Of a stretch of DNA of 64,000 nucleotides, positions 1 through 11,432 are shown piece after piece. The position numbers and the translations under genes are program-made. The notes under the pieces are model-generated. The model saw only the letters and a program-made list of their open reading frames with translations. It ran no database searches and had not been told where the DNA came from. The stretch is from Mayamaea pseudoterrestris (Eukaryota): assembly GCA_027923505.1 (NCBI GenBank), contig BROI01000002.1:372001-436000 (forward strand), written 5' to 3'. Numbering within the stretch: position 1 is the first letter of the stretch; each line of letters opens with the position of its first letter.

Positions 1-321
1 AACCATTGATCCTACCACCTCCCCGCCCCGCGAATGTGTTAGCTCGGTTTTAAAGCTACTGTAGTATCTACCAGTACTAGTACAGTACTACTTGACTACT
101 ATCTGCTCAGGTTCGCTCAAGTCGAAAGCCAAGTGAATCCCAGTGACAGCCTTGAAGCTGCGCACCACATGACTACCCTTTTCACATTCATTTTTTTGAT
201 CGTGACGGACGTTGCGCATGCCGACTGCTTGGCTCTTGCCGCGTCGTTGGAAGCGCAGCGAAGGAGGCGCTTGCGGTTACACATATCACTAGCCAAGCTC
301 TGCTGCTCCAGTCAAGCCACC

Positions 322-1748
322 ATGAAGCCAAGCAAGAAATCTTTGATTGAAACATCAAAAGGTCATGATTACGCGCTGCCGCCAACAGGTACTCTGGCGC
401 TGCAGTCGGCGCTTGCAGCTTTAACGCCGTCAACCCATCAGCCACCACTATTCTCCAGCCTTGAACTGCTGCACCTCGAGCAGCTCTTGCAGGCTCGAGC
501 AACGATGCGAGCGCAGCAAGAAGTGCAGCAGCAGCAAATCTATTTGAATCCAATGGAATGGATGCTTCGGCGGCAGCAGCAGCAGCAGCAGCAGCAGCTG
601 TTACTGCAGGCAATGCAGCTACAGTCAAGCTTGCCGCTTGTTCCAACCTTTGCTACTACCTATCCCTTGGCGCCATCATTCCAGCCTGCAGCCATGCCTC
701 TCTCCATGCTATACCAGCAACAGCAAGCTCATGCCACGGTCCAGCTTACCAATCACGCGCTGCAACTACACCAGCTATTGCAACAGCAGCAGCAGGCAAT
801 GCAGCAGCATCCGCAGCCCGTCCTGGCCCATGCATCCAGTCCGTCTCCAGTAAGCCACGCAATCATGCCGGCACGACGCCAGGAGCAACTCGAAGATGCA
901 TCCTTTCCTTCTACATCTGATCATATCAAAAAGTCTTCCGATGGTAGCGAAACGCCAAGCATCAAGCGCTTATTGACTTCAGCTTCAGCGCGAACACGTA
1001 ATGAAAAAGCGACCAAACATTCCACTAGCTCGTTCATGTCTGCTAGCAAGCCAAAATCTATCATTCCACCCAGCAAGAGAGCAGTCACTAAATCCGCTAT
1101 TACTAACAGCAAACCATCCGCGACGAATAGCAACTTTCGCAACAGAAAAAGCCGCAAGCGTCGCATGATTCAAACCTTTCCCATCAAGCTGCACAAGATG
1201 ATTGCTTTCGCCGCCCAAGATGATCACTTGCGTCACTTGCTGGCCTACACCAAAGATGGAACGGCCTTTAGCATGACACATGATACGTACGAGCTGGAGG
1301 AGCAATTGTTTCACAAGTTTTTTGTGAGTCTCTGGCGAATGTGCTGAGCGTTTCCTCGGCAATGTTTCACAGTCTCCTCGCTCAAAGTTCTCCTTTTCTT
1401 CTTCAACAGCGACACAAAAACTTTGCCTCCTTTCGGCGTCAGCTGTGCATTTACGGATTCATCAAGGTTTCAAAAGGTAAGCAGCAGCAGCGGCGAGTGT
1501 TGGCAGAGATTAAAAGCAGCTCCGTTGTTGCATGCATCAGAGAGTATCACTCACTCTTTCTGTTTCAAATTTCAGTCAATAACAAGGTAGCTTACGCTCA
1601 TCCCCTCTTTTTGCGAGACCAGCCGGAGCTTGCCAAGCAAATGGTGCGAGAATCTATTGTGGAGCAGCAGCAGCAGCAGCAGCAAGTGCCGACTGCTAAT
1701 GGCGAAAACTCCGCAGCGACAAGTCTACCTTCCTCCGAATCCTCATGA
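322..1748 (+). CDS. HSF-type DNA-binding transcription factor, Gln-rich N-terminus (paralogue 1); 3 exons 322-1323, 1410-1476, 1576-1748
   Basis: Spliced product FPIKLHKMI...HKFF|RHKNFASFRRQLCIYGFIKVSK|VNNKVAYAHPLFLRDQPELAKQMVR is an HSF winged-helix domain. Introns GTGAGT..CAG (1324-1409) and GTAAGC..CAG (1477-1575). Confidence 0.88.
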
Positions 1749-2328
1749 CACTACTGCTGCTTCGTCTCGTCAATGGAAAAGCATCCAAAAAGCTGAACGC
1801 TGCTCTGCTGCTACAGACTTGATGCATGTCGTATCTTGCGCCTTGCGCCAGGTAATCAAGCGGTAAGACGCCCAACGCGTGACGACGGATAGCAAGCGCA
1901 CAGGCAACAGCTGTTGCTCGCAAGGACTTTCGATTGGTTTTAGCAAACGCATCGCTCGCGCGAGGAGAGTGACGGTCCGACAACCTAGCTATGGTCGAAA
2001 ACCCAGCGTATATCGTTTTGCTCGCGAGCAGATTTCGAGTGTCACGTATATGCGGTACAAGTACAGCCAAATATCTAACACACAATGCTCGTCTCGCCGT
2101 GGCTCGTAAAGAGATTTAAGACATTTTTGACGCAATTGCGGCTAGTACATGGAGTTCTGATGATGCATTTCGACCTTTCCGGCGAAGATGCCGAGGTTTT
2201 TTGAATCCACGGTTACATGAAGGGACTGAACGTGGAAACCCTTACGCCGACGTGTTTCGCGGCGTCATAAAACGCTGTTGCAACAAAAAATAATTTACAG
2301 CGCTTGTATATATCATCTCGCCTTCACC

Positions 2329-3552
2329 ATGGAGCACGACGACATTGACGTCGACTACTTTATTGACCGCAACGACTATTTTGATCCTCCCAATGCTCCC
2401 AACGAACACGCAGGAAGCGATGAGGAGACGCTAGACGACGAAGAAGAAGAAGACGACGAAGAAGAAGAAGAAGACGACGACGGCGATGACGACGGCGACA
2501 ACCCCAGCGTGGACGTTGAAAACTGGGATGACATTCTCCATACCCTGTACCGGGTTCATTTGAAGCCTGAAATCATTAGCAAAATCTCTGGCGAAGCTGA
2601 TGATGCGAGTGACGACGCTGATGGTTATCATAACGACGACGATGATGATGACGACGACGAAGACGACGACGATGATGATTATGTCAGGAACGAATTTGGG
2701 CCTGGAGCTGGCAATCACCTGGATTTGGACGCATTCGGTTTGCTTCCTCTCATTTGCCTTCCACAAGCACGACAAGAGCTGATATCCGCCATTGAAGCGA
2801 AAGGGATCCGCACGATAGAAAAGATTACTATATTTTTTTATAATGACGAGTTTCGCGTCCACGACGAAAGCATTTTGAATGGATGTGTCGAGTGCTTCGA
2901 GGAGTGTGGACGTGTCTTTGCCCTCTGTAAAAAATTGCGGAAGATTGAATTTTATATCGATTTCGATTCGGTGGATATGGATGCATTTTATTCGAGAATG
3001 ATTGCTAATGTTCAACATGTCAAGCAGGTAGCACTTACCATAAGGAACTCTGCTGCAGTAGGCTACGTCCCAACAACCTTTTTGCAAACTGTCAGGTCGC
3101 TGCCTTGCCTTGAAAAGTTTGTGCTTGGCGAAGCAAATACCCCATCAATTCTAGCTTGTCTATCAAGCTTGGAAGCTGTGCCGACATTAAAAGCATTCAC
3201 TTGGGGCATTGAAATATTGGAATATGCGGACTTGAAAGTCATAACCGTCGAGGAGGCTATGGCAGTGTCCCGTCTACTTGCTTTGAACAAGTTCGACAAG
3301 TTTGAGTTGAGATGTTTAAAGCTCACCGATCCTGTGGCGTCGCAGATTATTTGCGGGTCTATCTGTGCTGCTGATCGTCTGAAGCAGCTTGATTTTGTCA
3401 ATCTTGTCCTTGGGTCGACCATGGACGATTTTTTCGGAATAGTCGGGCAGCATCTACCCAGAGAATATATCTTGCGCGCCCTTGAAGCGACACTAATGAT
3501 TAAGCAGAACAGAGTTAATAAAACCACTTTACTTATTTTCTCCAAGAAGTGA
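2329..3552 (+). CDS. Hypothetical protein: Asp/Glu-rich N-terminus plus degenerate LRR/RNI-like repeats; C-terminus runs into the copia LTR (probably truncated)
   Basis: ATG 2329 (MEHDDIDVDY). LxxL-periodic segments LRKIEF, LPCLEKFVL, LKQLDF. The last ~23 codons overlap the LTR at 3483-3662. Confidence 0.55.
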   Translation: MEHDDIDVDYFIDRNDYFDPPNAPNEHAGSDEETLDDEEEEDDEEEEEDDDGDDDGDNPSVDVENWDDILHTLYRVHLKPEIISKISGEADDASDDADGYHNDDDDDDDDEDDDDDDYVRNEFGPGAGNHLDLDAFGLLPLICLPQARQELISAIEAKGIRTIEKITIFFYNDEFRVHDESILNGCVECFEECGRVFALCKKLRKIEFYIDFDSVDMDAFYSRMIANVQHVKQVALTIRNSAAVGYVPTTFLQTVRSLPCLEKFVLGEANTPSILACLSSLEAVPTLKAFTWGIEILEYADLKVITVEEAMAVSRLLALNKFDKFELRCLKLTDPVASQIICGSICAADRLKQLDFVNLVLGSTMDDFFGIVGQHLPREYILRALEATLMIKQNRVNKTTLLIFSKK

Positions 3553-3662
3553 TCGTCCTCGATCCACTCCTTCGGTTGCCGCTTACCGCGCTTACTTAAA
3601 CGTGACCGTCTTCGTGACGTCACCGCTGCCGCTTCGGTTTGGGTTCTCATCCGTGCTCAACA
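3483..3662 (-). repeat. Putative 3' LTR of the copia element (~180 bp, TGTTG...CTTCA)
   Basis: Starts immediately after the purine-rich AAAGGAGTG near the end of pol (the RSVL codons) and has TG..CA ends. The distal boundary is uncertain because no second copy is present. Confidence 0.55.
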
Positions 3663-6600
3663 CACTCCTTTGGGCCGAGTAGTACTTACTGCTCGAGGCC
3701 AGATTCATAACCAGGTTGCGGAGCTTTCCAAACTGGGCTCCCTGCAATGGTTTCGTAAAGAAATCCGCGACCATGTCTCCGGTCGGACAATGCTCAATGT
3801 TGACTTCACCAGCTGCCACAAGATCCTTCACAAAGAAGTACCGAACATTCATGTGTCGCGTGCGCTTTGTACTTGAGCTTCTGCCATTCTTTTCCAACAG
3901 CATTGAACTCATATTGTCTTGATACAATTTCGTGTCTTTGACCCCGAAACCTTGCGCCTTCAGAAAATATCCTGTCCACAGCAACTGCGGTAGCACATCA
4001 CGAACTCCACGACTTCGCTCTCCGTCGAGCTTCTTGTTACCAACTTCTGTTTAGCCGACGTGCTGTACACTGACCCTTGGCCAAGTGTCATTGTTCCACC
4101 AGTGTGACCCTTCATGTCTGGGTGCACCGCGTACGACGCGTCCACCCACCACTGGACTATTCCGGACTGGTCCGCCTTCAGCGTCAACACCATGTCCACG
4201 CTTCCGCGTAAATACTTCACCACTCTTGCAGCCTTCTTATAGTCGTCTTCGTCCGGCTGTTGCAACCTCGTGCTCAAGAAAGAAATTGCTGTGCGAATGT
4301 CCGGTCGCGCTCGCTGGCTCAGGTACAGACACTGCATCACAATTGTCACAAAAATCTGCTTCTTCTCTTCGCTCAGCATGACTGGATTTTCCGATATCTG
4401 AAACAAGTGACTGGCCGCCGGAGTCGCTGCCGTTCCATCCATGTCGTCTGGCGCATGATGGAGGACATTCTTCACATAGTCAATCATGTTGATTGCTACT
4501 TCTCCAGGCTTAGTATAGTCCAATACCATGCCGAGGTAGTCGTGTACTTTTCCGCGTGACTTGTTCATTGGAGTCTCCTTGCCGAACTCCTCATCCATCT
4601 GCGCAATGAACTCATCCACGACGCTCACGTCGACGTGCGAAATCTTCAAATCATCCACGTGCCATCCCACGGTGATTTGCTTCCCATTGACCATCTTGTT
4701 GCACACACACGGATCATACGGGTTCTTCTCGAAGCCCCACTCGAGCAATTTTGCGGACAACTTCTCCCAGAACAGTCGCGCTGCTCGCAGCGTGCCGTAA
4801 AGCGCCATGAGTAATTCAACGTACATGACTTTCTCGCCGTTCTCCATTGTGACGCAAGGCTCGTACATTTCGCGATCAATCTCCAACAGTAGCTCCACCA
4901 TCTTCCCAGTGAAACGAACGTGCACCAACTCGTCCATTTCCGCTTGCATGAACGCGCCCGGAACATCAACCACAGCAACCTCGCGTCCTTCCATAGCGTC
5001 AATGATTGCCGTCAGAAAAATGGCCTCAGTCGCTATCGTGGGAGATGCCGCGTCTTCCTTCGCAGTGTACGCTCGTTGCTTGCGTCCATCTGCACATCCG
5101 CGTCCCTTCACAGTTCCGCACCGCTTGCGCTTGAGAAACATCAAATATGCCAGCGCATCCTTACGCTGCTGTGGAGTCAAAGTGCACTGGGGGACTGCCT
5201 TCATGACGTGTCTATCGTGTAGCTGCTGCATTTCCTTGCGCACTGCCTCCACTCCAGCATCGCCAAACGCCTTCAAACCTTGCCGCATATTCATCTGCGC
5301 CGTGACGAGTGGCTCCGTCACTTCCTCTGCAGCGTCGAGCGTGAACAAATGAGCGAACGATCGAGGTTTGCGCGCACGCAGGCCATACCGACCAGTGCGT
5401 GGGCCATAGCGCGCATCGAAATCCTCTTCATCTGCAGCAGCTGGCACTCCTTCAATTTCGCCTTCATCGGGCACTCCTTCAATTTCGCCATCATCCATGG
5501 CCGGCGCGTCGTCAAGTTCGCCTTCAATGGCCTCACCATCCTCATTGTCCGGCACTCCTTCGATTGCGCCGTCAGCACTATCGTCGTCGTCGCTGTCGTT
5601 GTCGTCATCGGTCGCATTCACTCCTTCGCTTCCGCCGGCAGAGTCGTCGTCGCCGCGAGAAGCGTCGTCATCGTAATCAGAGTCATCATCATCCGCGTCG
5701 TCATCAGCGTGCCACATGACTGGCTCAGCAGCCTCCGCAACACGGTGGCGGTCCATGAACACGATGCCCGGATTGGCCTTCTGTTGACGAGCGAGACGAT
5801 GCACGCGCTCAATGACATCATCAGGCATGGGCAAAGGCGTAGCGTGGCCACGATTCAGAATTTTGCCCGAGGACAAACTGAGGAAATAAAACCCGCCCTG
5901 CACATTACCAGTTGGGCGCAGAGCCAGCGCACCAATCGTGCGCGCCTGCATGTCATTGCTGTGCGACTCATGCGTTTGCACATACTGACCGAATTCATAC
6001 TTGCAATGCCGATGAAAGTCAACTGTCTGACCAGTCACAATGGTACGTGGACTGAGATCCTTCGAAATGCCACGCTCGTTCGGAAACGCATTCAACCAAA
6101 ACACGGCAGACTTCGTCATTTCGATAACCAATCGTGCCGGCACGTGCTTAAACGGCAACGTGTTGTATGTCGCGCGCACCCGTTCCTTCACGACACGGAT
6201 AAAACGTTCGATTTCGCCAACGTGCTCATCCTCAGACGTCGCATTGAGCGCCACTCCGAGATCAGCCAACGCGCCAAGCATTGGAGCGAACTCCCCATCC
6301 ATCAGAGCCGCAACGACGCGGAACCCACCGCGTGCGTAAATCTTCAACACAGACTCGATTGCCTTCAACATAACCGGAAGCGTACGGTTTTGAATCACCT
6401 CGACCGTAGCAAAACGAATGCTGCGGGAGAATGTCACCAACATAGGGACCTTGTTGATATACATGATGTCTGCACAAAGAGTAACGTCTCGATAGCGACT
6501 CATGATAGCCGGTGGAAGCTGCTCAACAATCGCAGGCTTCACCAGATGCGACGCGCGACGCGTCGTCTTTCCTTTTAATGAGCCAACATCGGGTCCAAAG

Positions 6601-8345
6601 ATGTGCTCAGCCGCCAGGATGTCGGCTTTTGTCACGGGGCAGTTCGGCAACTGATTGCTAGTAACGATGCGCAGGTAATCCTTGAGGCTTGGCCGTCCAA
6701 TTTTGATTTGCAATTCCCTAGCTCTAACAGCGCGTAAATAGTCATCATTGGTGTAGTTAGTACGGTTATCGTCTACCGTAGTCAACATCGCCACTCCATC
6801 CTTGACATCGCCGCGCTTGCCCTTCGAAAAACTCTCGCACACATACAGCCCAGAGTCAGTCTCGACAAACTCTCGCTGCTTACCGTCCGGCTTCTCCACG
6901 ACGAACCTTGGACGCTCCACGCCGTGCATGAGATACTCCACGGTAAACTTCTTCCGGACTTGCGCCAAACTCAAAATGTTCGCCAGCCCCTGCGGATACC
7001 ACCACACCGGACCATAGCCCTCCAAGTCGCCCATCATGTTCGTCCTCACTGTACCAGCATTGCACTTGATCACCATCCACGTTGGTACCGGGCGAATGTT
7101 CGTCAGCATCTTGGCGTTGCAGAACAGATCCACTGTCGACTGATTGTCCAAGAGCACGGCCTTCTTCGAAATGTTCACTTTCGACTTCGGCGGCTGCGCG
7201 AACATGTAGCCGATCTCGTCGTCGTCGTCGCTATCTTCCTCGCTACCCAGCGTGAAGTGCTGCGCTCCACTAGCCTCTGCAGCCGGCGCACTCTCCGTAG
7301 ACTCCGTTCTAGTAGGACAGTCTCGCTGCACATGGCCAACCTGTTGGCAGATCCAGCACCTGGGAGGGTCACGCGCGGTACCAGTCGTGTGGAACGCCAC
7401 GCCCTCGTTCGTTGGCAGCGTGGCTTCGCCATCTGCGTGCTCACGACGCTGCATGATGTTGTACGCATCGTGGATCGTCAACGGGAAATTGTCATGCCCG
7501 TCGAGATAGCAGTTGCGCAAGTGCTTGCAATACCCAGCGTACTCGCCCGTTGCGCCACGCACGAAAAGCATCGCAAGCTCAAGCTCCTCGGCGGCCTTGA
7601 TGTCCTCAGCGGTAGCCTGAGTACGGTTGTCATCCTTGGCAATGTTCGACGCGACAATATCATTGTGCATCGTGACGCCAACTGCCTTCGCGACATCTGC
7701 CAGCGTGACCATGCTTTCGTAGTATTTCTGCAGGCTTTCGCGCGCTCCTTGAGTACGTCCGAACAACTCGGCTTGAATGTCCACGACTTGATCCACAAGT
7801 TTGCAGCGCCCTTCGTACGTATGCGAGATCTCCTTGATGATCGCCAGCAACTGAATTCCGTCCGTTTCCTCCTCGGCGTCTCGGAACTTGGCATGCGACT
7901 TGACACGATCCTTCATACGCTCCGTGCATTGTCCATACAACACGGCGTAGAGTCCAGCGAGGAAGTCGGAGTACACACGCACGCGCTCGACATGTTCTTT
8001 CTTGTCGGCCTTGTATTCCTCAAGCATAATGGACCAGTCTCCATCCGTCGTGTCGTCAGCCTTGACTGGACGCGCAGGCTCGGCAGGAATTGCCAGTTCC
8101 ACGTTGCGCATCCCCTTGAGCAGCTCCTTGGTATATTTCTTGTAGGAGCGCCCGACGAAAGTGATGATCTCGTTCGTCGTTCGAATGAATCCATCGGGAT
8201 CGCGCGAACCGTTGTAATCGTAGATGAAACCAGCGAGCGTCGGCTCGCTTCCTTGGAAATTTCCACTCGGCGCACGACTCGGTCCGTTGAGTCTGTTTCC
8301 ATTGCCGTTGCCTTGGTTCCCATGCTGTTCAACCGTCGTAACTGA
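3592..8345 (-). pseudogene. Copia gag-pol polyprotein with a 1-nt frameshift in RNase H (~4007-4010) and no in-frame ATG before 8111
   Basis: Frame is open from 8345 to 3960. RNase H continues in ORF 3592-3996 (DVLPQLLWTGYFL...). GAA GTC GTG GA GTT lacks one base relative to the expected EVVGV. Confidence 0.8.
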
Positions 8346-8623
8346 TTATCACAGCTCGAATTGTCGTATGTATGTTGTGCAGGTGCAAGTGTGCAGCCTT
8401 GAAACCTTAGTCGGTTGTAAAGAGACGCCGGTTTTGTATAACCTTACAATTCACTTTGGAAGGACGCGCTTGATGCGCTTCCTTTTTTCTAAACAAAGTT
8501 AATAAGTGGCAATTGTTTATTTCTTTAAGCCTGACTTGCTTGCAATACTTTTAAGGCATAGAATCGAGACCGTAAATGTGGGCGGCCAGCAGCTTGCCCA
8601 AACAAGCATCCCAAAACTGTCGC

Positions 8624-10171
8624 TTAGAACACGGCTTCAAAGGACAGCGACACTGGTTGCGGTCGCGGCGCCCGCCTTCTCCTCAATCGTTGTGGTTGGT
8701 GTTGCTTACTTGCTTCGCCCTCGTCTTCCCGTCCAGCTTGCTCCAGCTCTACGAAACCCTGCACCAGCAAGCGACAGGTCGAATTCGACCACTGCACGAG
8801 AACGACGGGCCGAACATTCTTGTCCGACATATTTGCAAGCGAGCGAGAAAGTGGATCATGATGCGACCGCAAGTTCCAAGCGTCATTGCCAGTTCCGTAT
8901 TCGATTGTTGCCTTCCACGCCTTGGGTGGACAGCCACCGCCACTTTTCGACGCGCCACTGGCAGCTTCCGCAATGCCGCTGCTACTTGCATCCGTCTGCT
9001 GCTGCCGCGCCACCACGGACCCCAGCGTGCGCGCCAGTCGAAGCATGACGGTCACATAGAGCTGCAGTCCGTGCTGCGCTTCGCGAGGAACGGCCACGGT
9101 GCGCGTCGACGTGGTCGTCGTCTTGCCGCACCCCTGCTTTCGCCGTCGCACCTGCATCCAGTCAATGTGGTGTGCGTAGCTTGTGTCATTATTTGATGGG
9201 GACTGTGGTTGCGTCGTCATGTTGCTCAGTAGCTGAATGCTGCACTGCGCTTGCTGCGGACTCGTCTTGTTGTTATAAGCATTTCCTCGTGCCAAACCAG
9301 CATCACCATTACCACTCTGCGTTCGCAGCAAATCACTCGCCAAAATCAAATGATGCTGCAGCAACTGATGCGGCACGCCATGTCCTTCCAGTATGTAGAC
9401 CTGCGGCGGCACTGCCACATTAGCTTGTCGCTGCACGAGCTTCTTCAGTAACGTGTAAACGGCCTTTTTGCCGCGCAGCAGTCGCTTGGAGGCTTCCGTT
9501 CCCGATTTGGTGGTGGCGGCAGTGGCCGACGTTACACAGTAGGAGCGAGTGTCCAGCAGCGCGGCAACGTGTAACGTTGGTAGGTTCGTAGTGAAAGGTA
9601 ACAATGATGCTGGACGAGGAGGAGGTAGTTGCTGTTGATCATCGGTACTTGATGATGATAATTGACTCTTGACAACATGTTGATGACAACTCAATGAAAG
9701 AATGGTTTGCTGGTTGCAGTCGGTAATCTTTTCAATCGGAGCGCGCTGCACAAATTCACCAACGTCTGGCATCATTGTTTGCTTTAGTTCACCCGTTGCT
9801 GCTGCATGCGGCGTCTTGGCGTTCATACTGTTTCGTGCGTTTCGTCGCACCTTGACTCGTCGGGGATGCTCGGAATGCACAACACTCGTCGTTTTGACTG
9901 CAGACGATGCGCCCTTTTTCTCGCTGTTTTTGCTAATCTTGCTGCTGGACAATTTGGAATCAAGACTCGGAGTGTTGTTAGTACTCGCATTTTCAGTCGC
10001 AGTAGTCGTTGATGATGATGCTGCATTCTTTTTGCGAAAGTGATTGCTGCTGCTGTAGCGATGCCATGTTTTTGATGCAGCAGAACTACTTGACTGCGGC
10101 TGCAGACTCGACATGGCTGGTAGTGCAGCATGACGCAGGCGCATCAAGCTTGTTCGAGACGTCGCAAGCAT
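8624..10171 (-). CDS. Hypothetical protein with mitochondrial-type presequence and a degenerate DIOX_N (2OG-Fe dioxygenase N-terminal)-like segment
   Basis: Long ORF with ATG 10171 (MLATSRTSLMRLR). Motifs LPTLHVAALLD and YILEGHGVPHQLL. Confidence 0.6.
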   Translation of the reverse strand: MLATSRTSLMRLRHAALPAMSSLQPQSSSSAASKTWHRYSSSNHFRKKNAASSSTTTATENASTNNTPSLDSKLSSSKISKNSEKKGASSAVKTTSVVHSEHPRRVKVRRNARNSMNAKTPHAAATGELKQTMMPDVGEFVQRAPIEKITDCNQQTILSLSCHQHVVKSQLSSSSTDDQQQLPPPRPASLLPFTTNLPTLHVAALLDTRSYCVTSATAATTKSGTEASKRLLRGKKAVYTLLKKLVQRQANVAVPPQVYILEGHGVPHQLLQHHLILASDLLRTQSGNGDAGLARGNAYNNKTSPQQAQCSIQLLSNMTTQPQSPSNNDTSYAHHIDWMQVRRRKQGCGKTTTTSTRTVAVPREAQHGLQLYVTVMLRLARTLGSVVARQQQTDASSSGIAEAASGASKSGGGCPPKAWKATIEYGTGNDAWNLRSHHDPLSRSLANMSDKNVRPVVLVQWSNSTCRLLVQGFVELEQAGREDEGEASKQHQPQRLRRRRAPRPQPVSLSFEAVF

Positions 10172-10625
10172 TGGAATGGAGTGCGATAAAGAGAACTGGA
10201 TGTATTGAATAACAGTAAATCGAAACGCAGCGAGCAGCGCAACGAGAAGGGTCGCTGAGAATGTCTCTATGCAAGCCAAGCCAGCAAATTCGTTTCAAGG
10301 CAGCACTTTATATAGTCTTGGTTCAAAGATTTAATATAGAGAGCTAGAATACTTTCAAGGCGAAACTATGCGAGCGAGCAAGGTGCGCGCTGCCATGGTG
10401 ATGTCGTCGCGCGTGTTCGTGCCGGAAGCTTGGAAATGTCGCTCCACAACTCACATCTGGCTCAAGCGGCACTGAAAAGACTTGTAACACCGCGATGAAT
10501 CGCGACATGCGAATCCTCCATTGCCTTCCATCTCGAGCCCTTGGATCATTCTTTGTCCACTGCAAACTAACAGACAAGCAAGCAAGTAGAAGATACTTAT
10601 ATTACGACGAAATACTAGTTGATCA

Positions 10626-11203
10626 ATGACTTTCTCAAATTCCATTTCCAAAGCATCGCGAGCTTTTGCTGCTCGTTCGTCAGCAATGGTTCGAAACAAA
10701 CCAATCATCACGGTGAGTGCTCGCCTTGATTCGAATCGTACCAATGTTGAGCTGCTTATACAATCAAGTGAATCGATCGTTTTGATTTCTTGAAACAATA
10801 GTGTCGCTGCTACTGGATTTTCACGATAATTGCATGATGAAGCATTGCATGAATGGCCTGATGCTTCTCTTTCTCCTTGTACTCACAAATCATTTTTTCA
10901 TTCACATATTATCAGCCGCCACAAGCACTCTATCAGCAGAAGCGTTCATTCGTCGCATCCGGCGTGGCCGCGCCCCGACCCGCCAAGGTGCCTGGCCCCG
11001 AAACGGCCACGTCGAATCCCCCCGCGCCCGGTGGAGGCACATCCATGGTGGAGCGGCTGGGAAGCTTTTTGGTGGGCGCCGGCTTGGCCGGATTGCTGTC
11101 GCAATACTATCTATATCAGGAGCTGCTGACGAGCAACGCGCGCATGATTGAAAGGCAGCATGATTTGGAGAAGCGCATCAAGATGCTGGAAGGAACGAAG
11201 TGA
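10626..11203 (+). CDS. Small single-TM, probably mitochondrial protein; exons 10626-10712 and 10916-11203
   Basis: MTFSNSISKASRAFAARSS presequence. GTGAGT..CAG intron is in phase. TM segment SFLVGAGLAGLL followed by a short coiled coil. Confidence 0.7.
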
Positions 11204-11432
11204 AAATGAAACGAAGTATGATGTTGGATAGAAAGAGCACAGGGAATATAGCTTGAACAATGAAACTACTTTATGCGAAAGTTATTAACAATTGATTATA
11301 ATATACTTGTGTAGTACTGTATGCGCTTGTTTGATGTGATGCATGATAGCCGATGCAGTCTTGCTGCCTCGCGAGCGTGATTCGAGCACCGTTTATGTTC
11401 CTTCGCGGAAACTACTCCTTCCGTCCTCATCA

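Larger units (their letters stand above)
3483..8345 (-). mobile_element. Ty1/copia LTR retrotransposon (diatom CoDi-type), damaged
   Basis: Order Gag (zinc knuckle CWICQQVGHVQRDC) - protease (LLDNQST) - integrase (LCADIMY / MDGEF / EIERFIR) - RT (DVPGAF, ALYG, WHVDDLKISH) - RNase H (WVDAS, SSTESE, ADFFTKPL). One LTR found. Confidence 0.93.

Noticed and set aside
55..101. Clustered AGTAC/TACT motifs upstream of HSF paralogue 1
   Set aside because: Short low-complexity run with no consistent period; function cannot be supported.
571..597. CAG/CTG tracts here and at ~1663, ~20955, ~24500 and elsewhere
   Set aside because: Coding polyQ/polyA microsatellites common throughout this window; not arrays or CRISPR.
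5280..8345. Long plus-strand ORFs (5280-6578, 6924-8345) opposite copia pol
   Set aside because: Antisense shadows of a codon-biased ORF; no recognisable motifs.
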